From Pseudomonadota bacterium (GTDB taxonomy: Bacteria > Myxococcota > Myxococcia > Myxococcales > JAKAPL01): a stretch of DNA of 10,968 nucleotides. The translations under genes and the position numbers were made by a program. The first letter of the stretch is position 1; each line of letters begins with the position of its first letter. The notes under the pieces are model-generated. The model saw nothing but the letters and a program-made list of their open reading frames with translations, had not been told where the DNA came from and did no database searches. Below are positions 8,803 to 10,968 of the stretch, piece by piece. The DNA is taken from assembly GCA_027451705.1 (NCBI GenBank), contig DAIDIT010000013.1, positions 1-10,968 on the forward strand, read 5' to 3'.

Positions 8803-9738
8803 ATGGACCGCGCCAAGCCGTCAGTGGGGCACAACGAGGGGGTCCTTCGGGTGGATCTCCGCCCCGCCGAATTGGTGCTCGTCTTCTCGGCGTCGCTTGC
8901 CGCAGCGATCCTGGTGCTCGGGCGCCCCGAGGATTGGGCGCCAGCGGCACGCTCGTTCATGGCGGTGGCGCTGGCTCCGCTCCTTCTCGGCTGGCTTCGC
9001 GAGCGATTCCCGAGCTGGCCGACCCGCTGGGTCGCGGGCTTCTTTCCGGGGCTGGCCTTCTTCCTGATCTACGATCACCTGAACCCGCTCAGCCTCCTGT
9101 TGCACCCGGCGCTCGCGGACGCGCGTCTCCAGGAAATCGATCGGATGCTCTTCGGCGTCCAGCCTGCGGTCTGGCTGGCGCCGCACATTGCCCCCTGGGT
9201 CAACGACGTCCTGATGGCCTGCTACTCGAGCTATTTCCTCTGGCCGACGCTCATCGGGGTCTACTTCATGGTGCGCGGCCGGGAGGCCGACTTCGACCGC
9301 TGGGTACTGGCCGCCACGCTTTTCTCCGTGCTGAACTTCGTCTTTTACATCCTGGTCCCGGCGATGGGGCCGCGCTTCATGCTGGCGGGTGCGTTTTCGA
9401 CCCCCATTCGGGGCCGCCTCTGGGCCGGTGCCCTCGCAGAAGCCTTCCGCCACAGCCCGTTTCTCCGCGACTGTTTTCCGTCGGGGCACACGGCGCTGAC
9501 GCTGATGGTCCTCGTGGAAAGCTGGCGGCGGATCCGGCCGCTCTTCTGGACGGCGCTGCCGGTTGCCGTCGGCCTCATCGCAGCGACGGTCGCCTGTCGC
9601 TTCCACTACGGCATCGATCTGGTGGCCGCGGTACCTTTTGCCGTCGCCGTCCTCTGGCTGTCCGAATGGGTGTTCCGCACGGTTCCCTCGAAGTTGACGT
9701 TCGGCCCCGGCCTGGTCCGCACGCCTTCGGCGCCGTAA
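8803..9738 (+). CDS. PAP2-superfamily integral membrane protein (PAP2_3-like; sphingomyelin/inositol-phosphorylceramide-synthase-like motifs), 311 aa
   Basis: The protein has multiple TM helices. The conserved motifs CFPSGHTALTLMV and CRFHYGIDLVAAVPFAV match the SGHT and HYxxD(V/L) catalytic motifs of PAP2/lipid phosphotransferase enzymes. The start is the ATG at 8803; an alternative internal ATG lies at 8959. Confidence 0.75.
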   Translation: MDRAKPSVGHNEGVLRVDLRPAELVLVFSASLAAAILVLGRPEDWAPAARSFMAVALAPLLLGWLRERFPSWPTRWVAGFFPGLAFFLIYDHLNPLSLLLHPALADARLQEIDRMLFGVQPAVWLAPHIAPWVNDVLMACYSSYFLWPTLIGVYFMVRGREADFDRWVLAATLFSVLNFVFYILVPAMGPRFMLAGAFSTPIRGRLWAGALAEAFRHSPFLRDCFPSGHTALTLMVLVESWRRIRPLFWTALPVAVGLIAATVACRFHYGIDLVAAVPFAVAVLWLSEWVFRTVPSKLTFGPGLVRTPSAP

Positions 9739-9758
9739 TCCTCTCCAGCGTCGAAAAG

Positions 9759-9788
9759 CCGTCGCGCGCTCCGTTCGCGCGTCGACGG
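9759..9788 (+). terminator. GC-rich hairpin downstream of the PAP2 gene (CCGT-CGCGCG-ctccgtt-CGCGCG-tcg-ACGG), weak intrinsic-terminator candidate
   Basis: The perfect 6-bp stem CGCGCG (9763-9768) pairs with CGCGCG (9776-9781) across a 7-nt loop, with a 4-bp extension across a 3-nt bulge. Only a short T run (gcgTTTc at 9796-9799) follows. Confidence 0.25.
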
Positions 9789-9814
9789 TCGCGGCGTTTC
9801 CCGGGCGGACTCCC

Positions 9815-9820
9815 TTGACA
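9815..9820 (+). promoter_or_regulatory. Consensus -35 hexamer TTGACA 32 nt upstream of the histidine kinase ATG; no convincing -10 partner
   Basis: This is an exact TTGACA. The sequence 17-18 nt downstream is CGATCG/GATCGT, a poor -10. Confidence 0.2.
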
Positions 9821-9851
9821 TTGCCGAGGGTTCGCGCCGATCGTCTGAGAG

Positions 9852-10968
9852 ATGGCCGCACCGTCCCCACCGGCCGGGCCCCGGCGAAAGCCAAAGCGCC
9901 CCGCGTCACGTCCTCCCGACCTTGCAGCGCGGATCCAGCAGTTGGAGGAGCGTCGATCGCGCGACGCCCGGGCGCTCTCGGACCTGGGGGGCTCGGTCGG
10001 TCTGCCGCTCGCGACGGCGTTCAAGCGGCAACTCGCGGTGGTGACGCGCATCTTCGCGCCGCGGACCGCCTTCGTCCTTCTGCACGACCCCATCTCGGAT
10101 CGACTGACCGTCGCGGCGTCGCGCGGCCGCGGCGATCGCGCCGTGGCCGCGGCCCGCCCGGGGCACGGCGTGCTCGGCCAGGCGTTCTCCACGCGTCAGA
10201 TCGTCCTCGGTTGGACGGCCCGCGAGGACCGGCGACGGGGCGGACGGGTGAAGATCGACGACCCGTTGCTGGAGCTGGCCGTCCGGCGTCGGCGCGAGGA
10301 GAAGACCCTGGCGGACGTAGGCACGGCCGCTCCCCCGCCCGGACGGGATGCCTTCCGGTTGGCGGCCGTCCCGATGCTCTCGTCGGGCCGGAGCGTGGGC
10401 GTCATCGCCTTGATCCAGCCGCGATTCGAGGCGGGAAGCTCTCCCGCCCCCGCCGAGGCCGACCTGCTCCTCGCGCTGGGCGCGCAGGGTGCGGCCGCGG
10501 TCGAGATCGCGCGGCTCCGCGACGACGCCCTCCGCCGCAGCCGGGACCTGGAGACCGCGCTCGCCGGTACGAAATCGCTCGCGCGAAACCGCGACGAGGC
10601 GCTCGGGACGATCGCGCACGAGCTGCGGACGCCGCTGTCGACGGTCAAGGGCTACCTCGCCCTGCTCAAGGATGCGAAGCTCGGCCCGCTGGCCGACGGG
10701 CAGCGCGAGGCGGTCGAGACCTGCCTGCGCAACACCGAACGGATCCAGCGGTTGATCCACGATCTCGTGCTCGCGAGCCGCCTGCACGCCGGCCGGATGG
10801 AGCTGGATCCCCGGCCCATCGGCCTCAAGGCGTTGCTCTCCGAGGCCCTCGTCGCGGTGATGCCGCTCGCGGCGGAACAGGGCGTGCGCGTCGCGCTCGA
10901 GCCCGGCCCCGAGGCCTTCGTGCGCGGCAACCGCGACCGGCTCGTCGACGTCTTCGTGAACGTTCTCG
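9852..10968 (+). CDS. Soluble GAF-domain sensor histidine kinase, N-terminal 372 aa; 3' end outside the window
   Basis: The frame is open from ATG 9852 (preceded by in-frame TGA 9846-9848) to the window end. A Pro/Arg-rich N-terminus is followed by a GAF-like region (...GQAFSTRQIVLGW...FRLAAVPMLSSGRSVGVIALIQ). A HisKA H-box (LGTIAHELRTPLSTVKGYLALL) and the start of the HATPase domain follow. It is absent from the ORF track because it has no stop in the window. Confidence 0.8.
   Translation, partial: MAAPSPPAGPRRKPKRPASRPPDLAARIQQLEERRSRDARALSDLGGSVGLPLATAFKRQLAVVTRIFAPRTAFVLLHDPISDRLTVAASRGRGDRAVAAARPGHGVLGQAFSTRQIVLGWTAREDRRRGGRVKIDDPLLELAVRRRREEKTLADVGTAAPPPGRDAFRLAAVPMLSSGRSVGVIALIQPRFEAGSSPAPAEADLLLALGAQGAAAVEIARLRDDALRRSRDLETALAGTKSLARNRDEALGTIAHELRTPLSTVKGYLALLKDAKLGPLADGQREAVETCLRNTERIQRLIHDLVLASRLHAGRMELDPRPIGLKALLSEALVAVMPLAAEQGVRVALEPGPEAFVRGNRDRLVDVFVNVL

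Noticed and set aside
8643-8960. N-terminal 106-codon extension of the flotillin ORF (start at c8960)
   Set aside because: The extension is low-complexity (S/T/R-rich), has no RBS, and overlaps the start of the divergent PAP2 gene on the opposite strand. The ATG at c8642 directly precedes the conserved flotillin N-terminal TM helix and has a G-rich RBS.

Overview
The window is about 70% GC bacterial chromosomal DNA carrying nine genes. A 5'-truncated class II adenosylcobalamin-dependent ribonucleotide reductase (NrdJ, ends at 2013) is followed by a DUF1697 protein. Next comes a tightly packed four-gene cluster on the + strand: a thioredoxin-like [2Fe-2S] ferredoxin, a secreted/lipoprotein-type protein with three PEGA domains, a GT4 glycosyltransferase (ATGA overlap with the PEGA gene), and a large WbaP/WcaJ-type polyprenyl-phosphate sugar phosphotransferase. 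That cluster converges on a minus-strand flotillin/SPFH gene; the two stop codons are only 12 bp apart and sit inside one hairpin. Upstream of the flotillin gene a 160-bp divergent intergenic region separates it from a PAP2-superfamily integral membrane protein whose motifs resemble sphingomyelin/IPC-synthase-like enzymes. That intergenic region holds a phased array of CTTCGTGAC/GTGAC repeats (10-11 bp periodicity plus one inverted copy) overlapping candidate divergent promoters. A 3'-truncated soluble GAF-domain histidine kinase ends the window. No tRNA, rRNA, CRISPR or mobile-element signatures were seen. Many long antisense ORFs in the track are GC-skew artefacts. The features most worth follow-up are the GTGAC repeat operator array, the flotillin/PAP2 pairing (a possible membrane-microdomain lipid module), and the unusual ferredoxin-PEGA-GT4-PGT cluster that shares TTCGAAGTG motifs.
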